A stretch of 57,340 bases of DNA, from NCBI GenBank assembly GCA_002633005.1, contig NMRA01001094.1, positions 1 to 57,340 on the forward strand. Reading direction: 5' to 3'. This stretch comes from Phoronis australis (Eukaryota > Animalia > Phoronida). The position numbers and the translations under genes were made by a program. Positions 24,651 through 37,308 of this stretch are shown here, one piece after another. How positions within the stretch are numbered: the first letter of the stretch is position 1; every line of letters starts with the position of its first letter. The notes under the pieces were generated by a model, which did not search any database, was not told where the DNA came from, and worked only from the letters and a program-made list of their open reading frames with translations.

Positions 24651-25141
24651 CTCATTTTGGAAAAAAATATTAAAAAACATAAAACTTATTGACTCCACTG
24701 GTTAGTATTTTATTGATCCTGCTATCTAAATATCCCTGAATCAAAACTAATGCTAAATTGACTTGTAAGTCTTACGGTTAAAGCGTGCAAGTCGACGGCA
24801 GGATCATAACTCATTCTGTGACACGTTGATGAACCGGAACTAGTTGTGCAATAGGAACTAATGACTGAAACACAGCTTAAAGAACTTTCAAATAACTCCG
24901 GCCGCTATTCAATCGAGAAGAGTTCGGATTCATGACTGGGTGGCACTTTGGAGTTCCCAACAAAGCCAAACATGACCGTGTTTACTGTTGGAGATCCACA
25001 TGACCTTCAAACTGGAAAATGGCGGCTGTAGGTCTGGCGCTTGCATAATACGCGCAGATATCATTCATTTCCGAAGGGAATTCTGAGGCTTCAAAACTAC
25101 CCTAGGTGTTCGGAGGTCCTGAACTTGCGCCTGTATCTTAC

Positions 25142-25265
25142 CAGGAAAAAGCTGTTCTCGTGCGCGTAGTTCTTCATAGGAGGCTGTCTGTACATGCGTC
25201 TCACAGTAGGCCGTTCCAGGGTGTAGTCCGTCGAGAAGCTCTGTCCATTGTTTAGATGTTCGAAT
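25142..25265 (-). CDS. Host gene coding exon 7: (G)FEHLNNGQSFSTDYTLERPTVRRMYRQPPMKNYAHENSFFL
   Basis: Acceptor catattttcag (phase 2), donor CTG|gtaaga (phase 0), 124 nt. Confidence 0.82.
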
Positions 25266-26630
25266 CTGAAAATATGCGCCGGATATTCGAACATTAAATA
25301 ACACGAAAACGTAACTCAGTAACACAGGGCATTTTTAAAATTGGTTCTTACACAATACGAAGTACCCCAATGAGACTGCTATGTGCATGTTCCGTTATTA
25401 AGTTCAACACACAATATTATCGATACGAAAGCCTCTTGAACAAGCATAGAATTAGCCCTCATGCCATGTTGCAATATTACAGGTTCCGATCAGGTGCGTG
25501 CTTCAACAAACGCAAACACAAGTGCATTAGTACTGCCTTCTCAGTGCCGTCCATCAATGTTACGTCCACAGTCACCTAAAGTTAAACTAAGCTATGTTTA
25601 GCCAATATACGTGTGACTATAACTTTGGAACGGCCAGTTTTTCACAATGGCCAGCGACAAAATGTTCATAGTTATCATTTTGCGATCCTAGAAAAGTAGA
25701 TTCATAAAACGAATTCAACACTAGTGTTGTTTTCGCATAACAAACTGCTCCATCTTACGCATGGAGCCCATGTAGTGCTCTTTATGAGTGTCAGACGTGT
25801 TAAATAGTGCTTTTACAAAACTGTATTCATCACATCTGTAGCCAGTACATAGCAATATATGTTAGACATTCTCAGCTTTTCCATCACGCACTCATTTGTC
25901 CAGTCGCACGATCTCACGCATTCGTTCAGTCGCACGAGCACATGCAAGACCCGAAAAATGTACCATACTGTAAAACAGACACAGTCGCACGACACTTTTA
26001 CCACTTGCACAATCGGAGACCTTAAAAGGGCAAATCCTCGATTTTCTTACCATCTCAATCATAAATTACAAATCGGGAGTCCATTTATCAATAGTCTCAT
26101 GTCCCGTGACGCAGCGTCGCGTTGACAATAACCTGACAACGACAATCTTAGCTACGGTCTTTGATAAAACGGACGTAGGGTTTACTCAACAACACAAGCT
26201 ATGTCTCAAACCCTTCTTCCCCTCACTAGTCAGACAACCGACGATATCGCCATATCAAACAGAATGTCAAAACGTCACAAATATGCAGATTGGCCAACCT
26301 TTCCAAGCTTGTTTCAATTCCTAGTCTAAAGCAGGCGAAACACTTGTCCTTTCCGATTGTGAGCTAATTTCCATTAGAGCAAGGAACATTTTGAGGTTAC
26401 TCGTGTATAGGAGCCAATCAACATGCTTCACGATTCTTACGCTTTGGCAGAGAGTGTATACAGTAAAAGGGAAAAGCGTTACATGGACAGTAGAAAGATG
26501 ATCTTGAAACGCCTGATAGCCAGCTGGTGTCTCGTTTATCGTAACACATAGATTCAGTTCAAGCAAAACAAATTATAAGTCAAGACTACAACAAGACTGC
26601 AGACATGAGACTCTGTCACATTTTAAATAC

Positions 26631-26747
26631 CCTTGCATGATGTCGGAGTAACTCCGTCGTTCCGGTTGATAGTTCCTGTACAGAAGAGCGTTTGGCCCGT
26701 AATCCAGGTGTCTGCTATATCCGGAAAATCCGTACATCCATGGGTGA
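26631..26747 (-). CDS. Host gene coding exon 6: (T)HPWMYGFSGYSRHLDYGPNALLYRNYQPERRSYSDIMQ(G)
   Basis: Acceptor tcacctccttag (phase 2), weaker donor GG|gtattt (phase 2), 117 nt, frame continuous. Confidence 0.75.
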
Positions 26748-28415
26748 CTAAGGAGGTGACAGATAATGTTTAATTTTATGCGTGTCACTCAGTACCAGCA
26801 CAGAGTTTTTCAGTGCCGTAACTAAGTTATAAGAGAGCTCTGTGAATCTGAGATGCCCGGTGTCGCAATGTTTTCAACCATGGTGGCCAAAATTTGCTCA
26901 CTCTTCCTTCTTCCAACTTTTAAGAATCTCTATGGGTACGAGACGGGGCTCATAATTTGTAGGGAACTTAAACTGTACCTAAATTTATGTTAATGAAAAA
27001 CAGCGACACTGTTGAAAAATACTACGATTGAGTGCTAACGACCCAATTGGTGAAATGTTGACATACTGAGTATACGAGGGAACGATTATGGAGTCTTTGG
27101 CCCTTTAAATGAATTAGAAAATGTGTGCACTCTTCAACGTAATTGCGAAGCCCCTTTTCGGAAAAATATGTTAATTAGCGGTTGAGATTCAGTACTTTAA
27201 TTCCAGTTCTTCCATGGCTAACTTGCTGAGTCAAATGTTAGAACGCTATTTTGAAAGTCTGAAAGATTTGGAAATGGTAAATCTCATTTGCAGTAGTGGA
27301 GACACGTTCTTATTTGTCTCTGAGAATTTCCACTAATTGATTTGATGTCTCTGAAAAAAAGACATAACGTGGTCTTTAAAAACGACCCCTAATGGCTAAT
27401 TCATGTAAATGTCATACAAATGACAAATAAAAAGTAAAGATATGAGAAATATCCTTGCCCACAGCCTGCCATTTCTTCAATCTCTTTCTCTGTTGATAGT
27501 GTTGCCAATGCCAGATCATAGTCTCCGGGTCACGGCGGAATTATTGATTTAATACTGTAATAATCAATTATTGATTAGCGAGATGCTAGGTTCACAAAGG
27601 GTATTCCGAATACACCAACGTACGACACAGCGATCCTCTGTGCCTGGAATGCAATCATTGTGACAGTCGCCACTTTGTCGCACAAAGATAGGAAATTTCC
27701 ACAATATAGATGCCGGACTACATTCTGATGGTAAAGACTAGAGTCTGCAAGCGATAATACCAGACAGTCGATAATACATAAACCCCACAGGTTATGCAGC
27801 TCCATTCACACACGAAGTTCTAAAATTGGGTGAACCTCCTCCGGCTTAGGCCTTCCTTTTGTCTTTTGTAATCGTTTTGAGTGAATACAAATAAGTCAAG
27901 CAGACGGACATTGATTTTATTGTACTAGTTGTTAGTTGAGATTGCGTCTGGTTACAATTGTAAAATCACTAATTATTATTGTTCGTCACTATAGGGAATG
28001 TAAACGTCATTGGCGTAAATGGGGGAAGGGTGCAAAATAGCTCCTGTTCACCGAAAACCACACATTGAACGTCAAAGATGACATAATAAGAAATGTATCA
28101 ATCAGCCACTGCACGTCTGTGCTTGTTTTGTCGGTAATGACTATATCTGGATGGCCAGGCCAGTATTGTGATGGCCGACTTCCAATATGCGCTAAACGAT
28201 AAAAGCATCAAGGTCCTGACTCACACGTGGATCTGCCAAAATGTCGCAAGGCGGCGCAACCACAACCTTGAGCACAATGAGACAAGCGCTTTGTTTTTTA
28301 GTCTTGTTCGGGGGTCGGATCTTGACTTCCTAGGCTCCTTGGCCCATAGTCCGCCTACTTCGAAGAATTCGGATTAATTAAATTCAGCGTTCTCAGTCGA
28401 AAAGTATTCATCACA

Positions 28416-28828
28416 CATAGGCGGATTTGGGGGGGGGGCGGCCCCCCCTTGGATGCCGCAAAAATTAAAACAACTAGAGCGTAGGGAAATGTTGAGTTCA
28501 TTAATTAACCCCGGTAATTAACATTATACGGCTGAAAGAAGATTAAAATGTGTGAAGTTTTAGTGTGTTTGGGGAGGGGGGGGGCTCAGATCCAATTTCA
28601 AGTGTCTGTGGTAAATGCAGTTTTTCAAGTTTGACAAGTTCTCCCTTTTTTCCTTTGCCTTTGTTCTTGGATAATACTTCAGGAATCAAGGAAAATGCTT
28701 GGTTTTTAGAGGAAAAACAGAAAAGGTTTCCCCCCCCATTCGGTGCTATGCGCATCTGCAATCGTGCTTTGCGCAAATGTTTACAGACAAAATGTTGCCC
28801 CCCTTATGATATCCTAGATCCGCCACTG
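28416..28828. mobile_element. hAT-like MITE with CA(T/G)NGGCGGAT...ATCCGCCACTG termini
   Basis: Starts cataggcggattt and ends ctagatccgccactg. Related ends at 2060-2128, 30954-31038, ~45710-45725 and 56677-56716. Confidence 0.7.
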
Positions 28829-29716
28829 ACCACAATGTAGGTTAACAAGAAGCGTGTTCATTGTTGACGGCGTCTTTTGTTTGATTTTGCGATTGGCCAC
28901 CAGAGTGCGTCTTTTCATTCGAACAAACTCCCATGTCGAGCTTATTTCATGAGAGAGATTAGACGATGATAATAATCTAGTTGACGTGATCACGATTGTC
29001 TAATAGCAATCACTCATCCTCCACATGTCCATCTATTTACATATAACCATGCATACACCCACGTCTGTCGTCGTCTGTGTTACACCCATACACGTACCTA
29101 CAGGGTACATACACATGACAAACATAATTCATCATACCTTGCAAATTCAAATCCGTTACTGTCACTATGTTCACAAAATCTCGTTTCTGTACTTGCATCT
29201 TAACTTCTCTGGCTTGTTTTATACAAGGTTGTATGTTCGATCTTAGCTATGACGATTGGAGCTTCGATTTTAATTTTCACGTAGTTCATAACACCGGTGG
29301 ATCGTCGGTGGTTATGTGTCAATATGCAAGTTATCAACCAAAGGCCAGATGCAACATTCTGCTCTGAGAAACTGTCGCAATAACGTGTCTGCGACCGTCC
29401 TAGCTACGGCTGTAGGGTACGCACGACTTTTGAAAAAACAGGACTTTGGACGTGACGTTGGAATGGTACTCACTTTCCACACTTACAGTACAGGATTGGT
29501 ATCCCCGTTTCCCCAATCTGAATAACTATGATCCGATTTTTTGAATGGTAGAAACGTGGAATTTTATGGATCGCAGTCACACCCACTCGTATATACAGTT
29601 CGTGTAGGCGGTTCGCCAACATTGGGTGTAAATGAAAATGCAAACTTTTCCGTTCAACCGTTCTAAAGGTATGTCTGTAATATTGACGAACCATTCTGAA
29701 GAACCAAAGTACTTAC

Positions 29717-29927
29717 GTGCCAAGATTTTTGAACATCGTGTTTATTGCCCGTCTTTCGAAGTTAATAGGGTGCTCGTATCGCCCGCCAGCGGATTGTGCC
29801 GACCTCCTAGTTTGGTGACCTTCCAATTTGGGCTGCGTGGCACTGTATGACCTGTGCATGTGTCTGAGATCACCTGACCTGCCTGCACCATCAAGCCTTT
29901 TGAGCATATTGTACACGACTTCTTTGT
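29717..29927 (-). CDS. Host gene coding exon 5: (D)KEVVYNMLKRLDGAGRSGDLRHMHRSYSATQPKLEGHQTRRSAQSAGGRYEHPINFERRAINTMFKNLG(T)
   Basis: Acceptor ttcctcaattacag (phase 1), donor AC|gtaagt (phase 2), 211 nt. Confidence 0.85.
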
Positions 29928-30953
29928 CTGTAATTGAGGAATAAAAATAAATAGTTGTGCTGAAGAAACTTCAGTAAAATGAAACACTGTTAATTGAAAG
30001 GAAGAAATGGTTGCATCTGGAATTAGATTTTCTGACCATGAAAAAGATGTTAGCTGACTTTTTATAATTTCGGGCTAATAGGGGCAAACAGCCACAGGTT
30101 ACCCACTTGCTTCAACGGCTTCCTGAAAAGTAGCGCGTTTGGAAGGCGAATTTTTCATTACAACTGGTGCAACGTTTTAATTAATATTGCAAAAAACTAA
30201 ATCGCTAAGTTCAAAACCATGATCAAATGAAACTCTGATTTCCATACCTTTACACTCGGCTGAACGTGCATTTATAATTGTGCACCAACAGCTAAATGAA
30301 TGGACACCACACCACACCCGAACAAGGGTGACTGGTCCCCACAAACAATCGTGCTAAAAGAACCAAACCGCACCATTGATACCCCTGTAAAATTCCTTTT
30401 GTCGACAAAGTGCCGCGTTAGAAACATCAAGAATGCTGTGTAGGACATTGAGAAAAATATATACTGCAGCGTTCATGAGAAGCGATTGATGGCTAAGTCA
30501 GAAATGTAGCCCTTCGCTCCACATGTTATTTTCTGGAACACAATTTTATCTCGCCTCAGCAAAAGTTGAAACTTGCTCAAGACAGCTCGTATCAATCATT
30601 ACCTAGCTGTAGGGTGCTTACAGTATTATGGTAAAAACTTTATTCAGTAACTGTGGGGTAGCAATGTCAGTCAAAATTTCTGACTTAAGTCCTCAAGCGC
30701 CTATTGAAACGCCTTTCATCACATAAAGAACTTTTTGAATTAGACCGCTGAAAGATGTGGAATTGGTCTCGATTTGTCCCAGGGTGAAACTGGGTCGAGT
30801 TCAACAATTCTAGTGTCTCGTAAGAAAAGCAAGGCCTCCCGATATTCCGGGAGACATAGCAATGTAATTTCAGTTAGAGCACTTGATTTTGGCTAATTTT
30901 TTCTCACCGTGAGACGCTTAGTGAACTCAACCCAGGGTTTCTGAAGAACTGAC

Positions 30954-31038
30954 CAGTGGCGGATTAAGGGGGCAAAATCCTGGCTAATACTCTGCCCTGC
31001 CCCCATGACCCCAACTCAAAATCCTGAATCCGCCCCTG
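30954..31038. mobile_element. 85-bp minimal hAT-like MITE (CAGTGGCGGAT...ATCCGCCCCTG)
   Basis: Inverted termini cagtggcggatt / aatccgcccctg. Flanks ctgac / ctgaa resemble an imperfect 5-bp duplication. Confidence 0.65.
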
Positions 31039-33002
31039 CTGAAAGTTAAATGTTGCATGAGATCAGGCTCTATAAGTTGATTTGTAAACTCAGAAATCAC
31101 TTCTCATCTCAGCCAAGAACCAACTTTTGATATAGGTCACTTCGTGTTACAATATTTACTGCCTTGCTCAAATTACAAACGATTTCTAAACCTAACAAGA
31201 AGTACACTGGCATTCTGGTTTAGATCAGGCCCACATTGGTTTTGGATGCGGGTTAGCGTCAGTCACCGAAGTATTATAGACTCATCGTCGCCAGGGAAAT
31301 TCCATGTGATTTATTGTAACAGATTAGAATTGAAACAAAGGACAAGAACCCGATGAAGGTTGCTCTGGAAGAGAAATCCCGTCTGCGTCATGTTTTGAGA
31401 ACAAGTTTGATGCCAGGTATTCAGTGGAAAAATGGTTCCCAACATGCGGGCACATTATATCCGACGATTACCCTTTCCAGTACCACAAAACAAGGCTTAT
31501 AGCTACTACTGAACACGTTAACAGTTCAGTGGGCGCTCGTTCTTGGTTGCATTCTAAAGGTTATTATTTTAGTAACACCAGCACCATCAACATGATGAAA
31601 CACGACAGTAGGTCTACGGTAAATAGTGTGTACCAACTCTTTGTATAATTATACCAACATACTCGTCACAGATGGCTTGTTGGTGTAGATCATAGGGAAA
31701 TACGTTTCCGTATACGGAGTAACATCCTTGTAGAAATTGTACATCTTGAAAGACTAGAACTCGCACAACATCCAAACCAAAGAAGCAGACTGAGAGGAAT
31801 CCACCTCAACAACGTCCATGCAGCTCCTTGGATACGACGCACTAATGAGCGCCAAACGTGTGCAATACATGGTGAGCTGCAGGGGTTTTATTATAATAAT
31901 GTTTTTAATGGCATTGCGTGTTATTTATAATAACCATATTAGCAGTGCGATTCTTTGTCAGGTGAGGTGTCTATAATGGCTTGCACCTTTTGTTTGCTAA
32001 TGTGTTGCTCATGCATCAAAAGCAGCGTTTATGTTCACGTCACGCGAGTTGGGGATATTTGGTGGAAATGTCAATAGCCGGTCACTTGCGTCCATTGAAT
32101 CCAATGTTTATGGTTGTTTGTTGGAGATGTTTACTTTTTGAGTAACACTGACTTAAACAGCGGGTCTCCCATAATTTCCCTAAGGTTAAAGGCACGACGA
32201 ATAGTTCAGTAGCGGACTTTAAAACATCCATTTTCATGTCGCTGCGCACGATTCCTTTCAATTACTTAAAACTTGGAACTAAAATTGGCATTGGAGCCAG
32301 AAAAGACTGATGCGTGCTTGGTGACCGTTTTATACAGTATAAATATTGATGAAAATGTGCCTTAATAGCTATATGTTGACATTGTTGACCGTGGAAGATT
32401 TTTGTTGTATACAATATCCTCTGACACAAGGTACTCAGACCACGTGACTTGACAAACAATTCCAATTTTGTTTTCCTGTTTAGAAGTAATTGTTTCAGTA
32501 TAAGACTATGTTAAAATTATTTAAGAAACGATTGAGTATCATTTTAAGCTATAATGTGATCTTAGGGTGGAAGTTATTACAAAATGGGCTAAAATCTGCC
32601 AAAGGGCTGTCACAAGAGTTTTTAACATTACCAGCTCTTTTTGGGACACCCTTGCCTCGCAAATAGGTCCATCGTGTATAAATCGAAGGTTAAAATATTC
32701 GACCGCGGAAACCTGTTATGAGTTAGGCGCAGATTTACTCACACGTTGAAAACTAACGCATTCCTCCTCCGGCTTACAAAGATTCCTGTTTTTACATTGT
32801 CCATATTGGAAAAGAATGTATACCACTTTCAATTCATACTTCCACTGTAAGCGTTAGCACCGTGAGACTACGTTCAGAATTTCCAAAAACGTCCATTATT
32901 TCTTAAATGTGTGGTGCTTCAGGTGATGGTCACGTTAACAGCGACACCTGGTGCCCATGTTGGCCATGGCGGCACCTGCATGTAATATAGACAGTGACTT
33001 AC

Positions 33003-33209
33003 CGTAATTATTCTGTCCGCCACTGACCCAACTTCGGAATCCCGGCACGTACGTAGAGTAACCATCTGCTTGTTTGCCGGGTATGTCTTGGAAGCACGGC
33101 TCCTGGTCGTTGAGTGCTTCGTGAGTATCGTCTGTGAAGCCTTCCTCGCCGGAGTACATGTCCACCGGTGGGGCCGGAGCTCGCGGACGGAGGGGAGGCG
33201 GTTCGTACA
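33003..33209 (-). CDS. Host gene coding exon 4: (V)YEPPPLRPRAPAPPVDMYSGEEGFTDDTHEALNDQEPCFQDIPGKQADGYSTYVPGFRSWVSGGQNNY
   Basis: Acceptor ccatccttttccag (phase 1), donor G|gtaagt (phase 1), 207 nt, GC-rich relative to its flanks. Confidence 0.88.
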
Positions 33210-33535
33210 CTGGAAAAGGATGGAACTTTTGTTTCACGTTGATTTGGGACGCGTTCTTTACACGCAAGAAACTCACAAGTATAACGTAAGGATCATGTGC
33301 TTAGCTTGCAATTCCTCAGATGATAACTTGCAAAGTCTTGAGTGAATTAGCTAATTTTCTTGGAAGAATATGGTCAGTGGAACGAAATCCGAGTGTACCG
33401 TTTCTGGACGGTCTGTAATACCCAAGTAGTGAAATTAATTAATCTTCTACGGTACACGCGCAAAATTGGTTCATGTCCCCTCTCAACTGGAAATGTGTTG
33501 CTCGTTCATGCCACGTACCGTCGTATCCCTCTCCA

Positions 33536-33680
33536 GTTCAGTAACACTAGGACCTCGCTAAAAAGCAAGACTTCGCGAGCTTAAGTGAGATATTGCCGTA
33601 TATTTTAAATGAGAACACGTGACTTTGGCTAGATTTTAGCTAGGTCCTAGCGTGGCTCCTAACGTTACTGAACGCACGCC
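33536..33680 (+). mobile_element. ~150-bp MITE, copy 2
   Basis: Near-identical to 23703-23855 (aaaaagcaagacttcgcgag...tttaaatgagaacacgtgac...ggtcctagcgt...tactgaacgcac). Confidence 0.85.
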
Positions 33681-34049
33681 TTAATTGTCTTTGACAAAAC
33701 CTTGTGGCAGTTGTGTAGGACAAGCAAAAATGAATCGGTGAGGTATCGTTTTTTAATTTCATTTAAACTTTTATGTCCCTCGTAATTTTCGGTTGTTCCT
33801 TCTAATGCAGCTTTGAACGACAATCAAAACATCCTGAGCGCTAGGAAAATGAGTCAAACTACGTGCGTGAATGAAAGTCTCGTTGGCACAACTCCCTGTG
33901 TCCTAGATATACTGCTTTCTAGCGCTCTCTGGTTTTAATTCTTATTACTGTACATTAAAAGAATTACAAAAAACTCGCCGTGTCCCTGGGAGCACTAGAT
34001 ATACGTCTTTTCTAAGTACAGTCACCAACACCGTGACTGATGTTCTTAC

Positions 34050-34205
34050 CAGTACTGCGTGGCTCTGGCGTTGCCCCAGACTTCCACACGATCCAATGTG
34101 GTTGTTCGCTCTTCGGCTTCAAGTTCATAGGCGTGTACGCCACGTAATCGTCTTTTCCCGTGTCTGTCTGTAGGGTGCGCTGATTTCTGTCGTTTGCATA
34201 TTGCC
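34050..34205 (-). CDS. Host gene coding exon 3: (G)QYANDRNQRTLQTDTGKDDYVAYTPMNLKPKSEQPHWIVWKSGATPEPRST
   Basis: Acceptor ctcggcctttcag (phase 1), donor G|gtaaga (phase 1), 156 nt. Confidence 0.85.
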
Positions 34206-36873
34206 CTGAAAGGCCGAGAGAATTCTGTTACATAACATCAAAATAATATGGAGATAGAACCCTCTGTGGAGACAAGAGACACCAAAAGGAGTGAGATTGT
34301 TAAAACCAGGAAAGTAGAAATGCTTGCAAATTTCTCCTTAGAAACTAATCATTTCCTATTTGTTCCGTTTTCATAATTACTACTTACCTTTTTTAATTAG
34401 CCTGTGGCCAATATAAGTAACACTAATCGCTAACATGATCCCTATTGCTGCTATTATCACTTTCATTCTCACCATTGTGTACGATCATAATTAGCATTAT
34501 CATATCATTATTACTATAATAATAGTATTACTGAGGTTATACCATCGCTATTGTTATTTCATTATCCAAGTTATGATCCAAACAGTTCGTTCAGAGTTGC
34601 AAAAGCAATGTTTAATTTACAGTTATAGATACCAGCCTGTTAACTTTTTGTAACACATTCGTCACACGGTCTTAACAAGAACATGTTACAACGGAAAGTC
34701 CAAGTTCCATTAAAGAATGACACCCCGAATGTTAGGTTTTTATGAGAAGTTACAAATATCGAACAAAAAATCAGGTAAGAGCTCGCGAATAGGCAAAAAC
34801 GCGAGCACAACTTTTAACTTCAAACGACAGATGCGCGAAATTTTTAATGATATTTTCATACGAAATTACTGACTTCTACCGACAGCAGTATGTTGATTTT
34901 CATATCCAAAAATGTGATAATGACAGCGGAGGAAATGAGGAGATTCAACACAATTTTGGGGTTCGAAAATCAACTGACCGAGTGTGACAGTCCATAATTG
35001 TTTTAATACGAATACACTCACGTAGTACTTCACGTTCAATCTTGTGGCGGTCAGTGAGCTAAACACTTTGAACCTAAATAGTGTAGGATAAGTTATGAAA
35101 TAATTCCAGAAAATGCTCGGAATGGAAAAGGAACAATCTATTATAGTTTGGGTAAAATATCGTGTTTTGGAGTTATACAACGTCATTTAATTGGTTATAT
35201 TACAGAACACTAACTGTGTGTGTCAGCACGTTCATTTGAGCATGCTCAGTAAAGTGCGTACAACTGAATGACGTGTACCTGAAAGTCAGTGGACATTTTA
35301 GTATTCGAAAACACACTCTTTATACAATATACTGCAATTTAATAGGCACAACTCCGATGCCTTGATGCAGGTTTATGTTCACCTGTTGATTTACATTTTA
35401 CGATTTTACAGGTGAAACAAAACAGCTTAAAAGGCATTCGGCTTCATGGGCGTGCTGGTGGCCCACGGTTTGGTGATGGGTTTGCGGGATGATAGTGACG
35501 GGGATCGTACCTCGATGAAATATTTGCAACTTCACATGTTAAATGTGAAGCAAAATTAGGAACAGTGTAACCAAAGTTGTGGTCATTATTGCGATTTATT
35601 GACAACTATATATTGGTTTATACTTTCATAATCGGTCCAGGTCATTTTACATTTACAGAACAAGGAAATTAAATTCACATTCACAGGCTTCTTCTGTCGA
35701 CATGTGGCAGCCGAAGAGTGTGGATATAATTGCGAACTCAGTCCAGGAACCCGATACAATTAGATGATATTTCATTTTTTCGTTGCCACCGTAAGTGCAT
35801 ACCACGTCGCCCACTGGATGATCATGCAGTAACTTCATAACATACCCTTGCTAATGCTGCTCAGCGCGACCCCTAAAGTCAAGGTTTGACCTTTGTTGCT
35901 ATGGCTGCGGCGTGATACATGTACATACAATCTAGGACCAATATCAAAGGCATATTACTCCCAGATACAATACATGTCTGCGTTCAATGAAACACAGTCC
36001 ATTGCAGACTTATTTACTTAACGATTAATAAAAATACAAAATTATGAATCTGAGTCTGGTGAACGGCCTGTCGCATCGCGATAACTCTTGTAAAGAAAAC
36101 AGTTTAAATACCGCCATTATTGACAAGCAGTTCAATTCTCAGTCTATTTGAACACACTTCAGACAATGATTTTACAACTGTCGTGTGAGTTACAAAACAT
36201 AACGTATGGATTTCATAATCTGTTAGGATGCAGTTGATCACCTAAGGTTTTGTCAGATGTCTCGTAGTATTTGTAAAGGCGTTTAGAAGAAAAAAATCGT
36301 CGCCAGCTTCCGGTAGCGTGGTTTTTCAAAATTGGCAAAGCCATGAGTCAGTCATGCCAACATTTCAAAGCATTGTTGCTGGATTACTTTCAGTAAGTAC
36401 CATATGTTAAATTTCTCAAGATCAATAACAGAAATAACCCAATAAATACCTGCGTTAAATATAGTCGGCGAGTCTGTCGTAATAACGGTTGGTTTTAATG
36501 CCGGCGGTCTGTTAGGAGTCTCTTGAATTTTTATTGCCTTCATATAAGACGGGAGTAGCTTCTGATGCATCGTGTTCGAGTTAAGAGATGCAGCAGAGAA
36601 GCAGCGAGTGTTAAATTATATTTCATAAATCATAGTAGTCTTTGTAACGAAATCTGCCCCGCGCTTGAAACTACGAACACGGTCCGTATGGCGATATCAG
36701 TTTTGTCGTTTTGTGTGAACTCTTATCTTCGAATTAAACGTCTACACAAATGTAAACACAGATAACATTTGTTCTTCGCGTATCCCTGAAAACACAACTA
36801 AACACGCTCTCTCGCGAAAGTCACGGGCACTAGATCGACTGTACACAATCTGCCATTGTTTGTTTTATCTACA

Positions 36874-37308
36874 TGTAGCAGATCAGGATGCTGTTCCAAA
36901 CTATAGCCTGTAAAAGCTCGACGGACAACTGTATTCTTGAACTAAGATATCAGGCCGCAAGAACTGAAGACAGCTTTTTCACGCAAAATCTTGACACATA
37001 TTCAAGTGACTGTAAATCCTCTTTGCTAAGAAACTTCTTATGTCGACCAACTCGTCAACCAAGGACTTCTATTCGTCGTCTGTTTACAACAATTAGCTAC
37101 GCGAAGACCATCGCGTGTTAGTGGCTTGTAGGGATAGACATTCGCAGCAGCTATGGAGTATGAGTATCGCTAACGTCTGGCTGTGTTGTTTACCTTTATG
37201 TAGATTACAATGAATTGTGAAGAAACCTGATGCTCGTTGAGACCTCCGTTGTGTATTCAGAATAAAGACCTATTCTGTTGAGCGTGTGTAATGTTTTCGT
37301 GAGCAACA
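36874..37308 (+). mobile_element. Possible solo LTR
   Basis: Begins TGTAGC and ends GCAACA, with AATAAA at 37261 about 45 bp from the 3' end. No TSD found. Confidence 0.3.
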
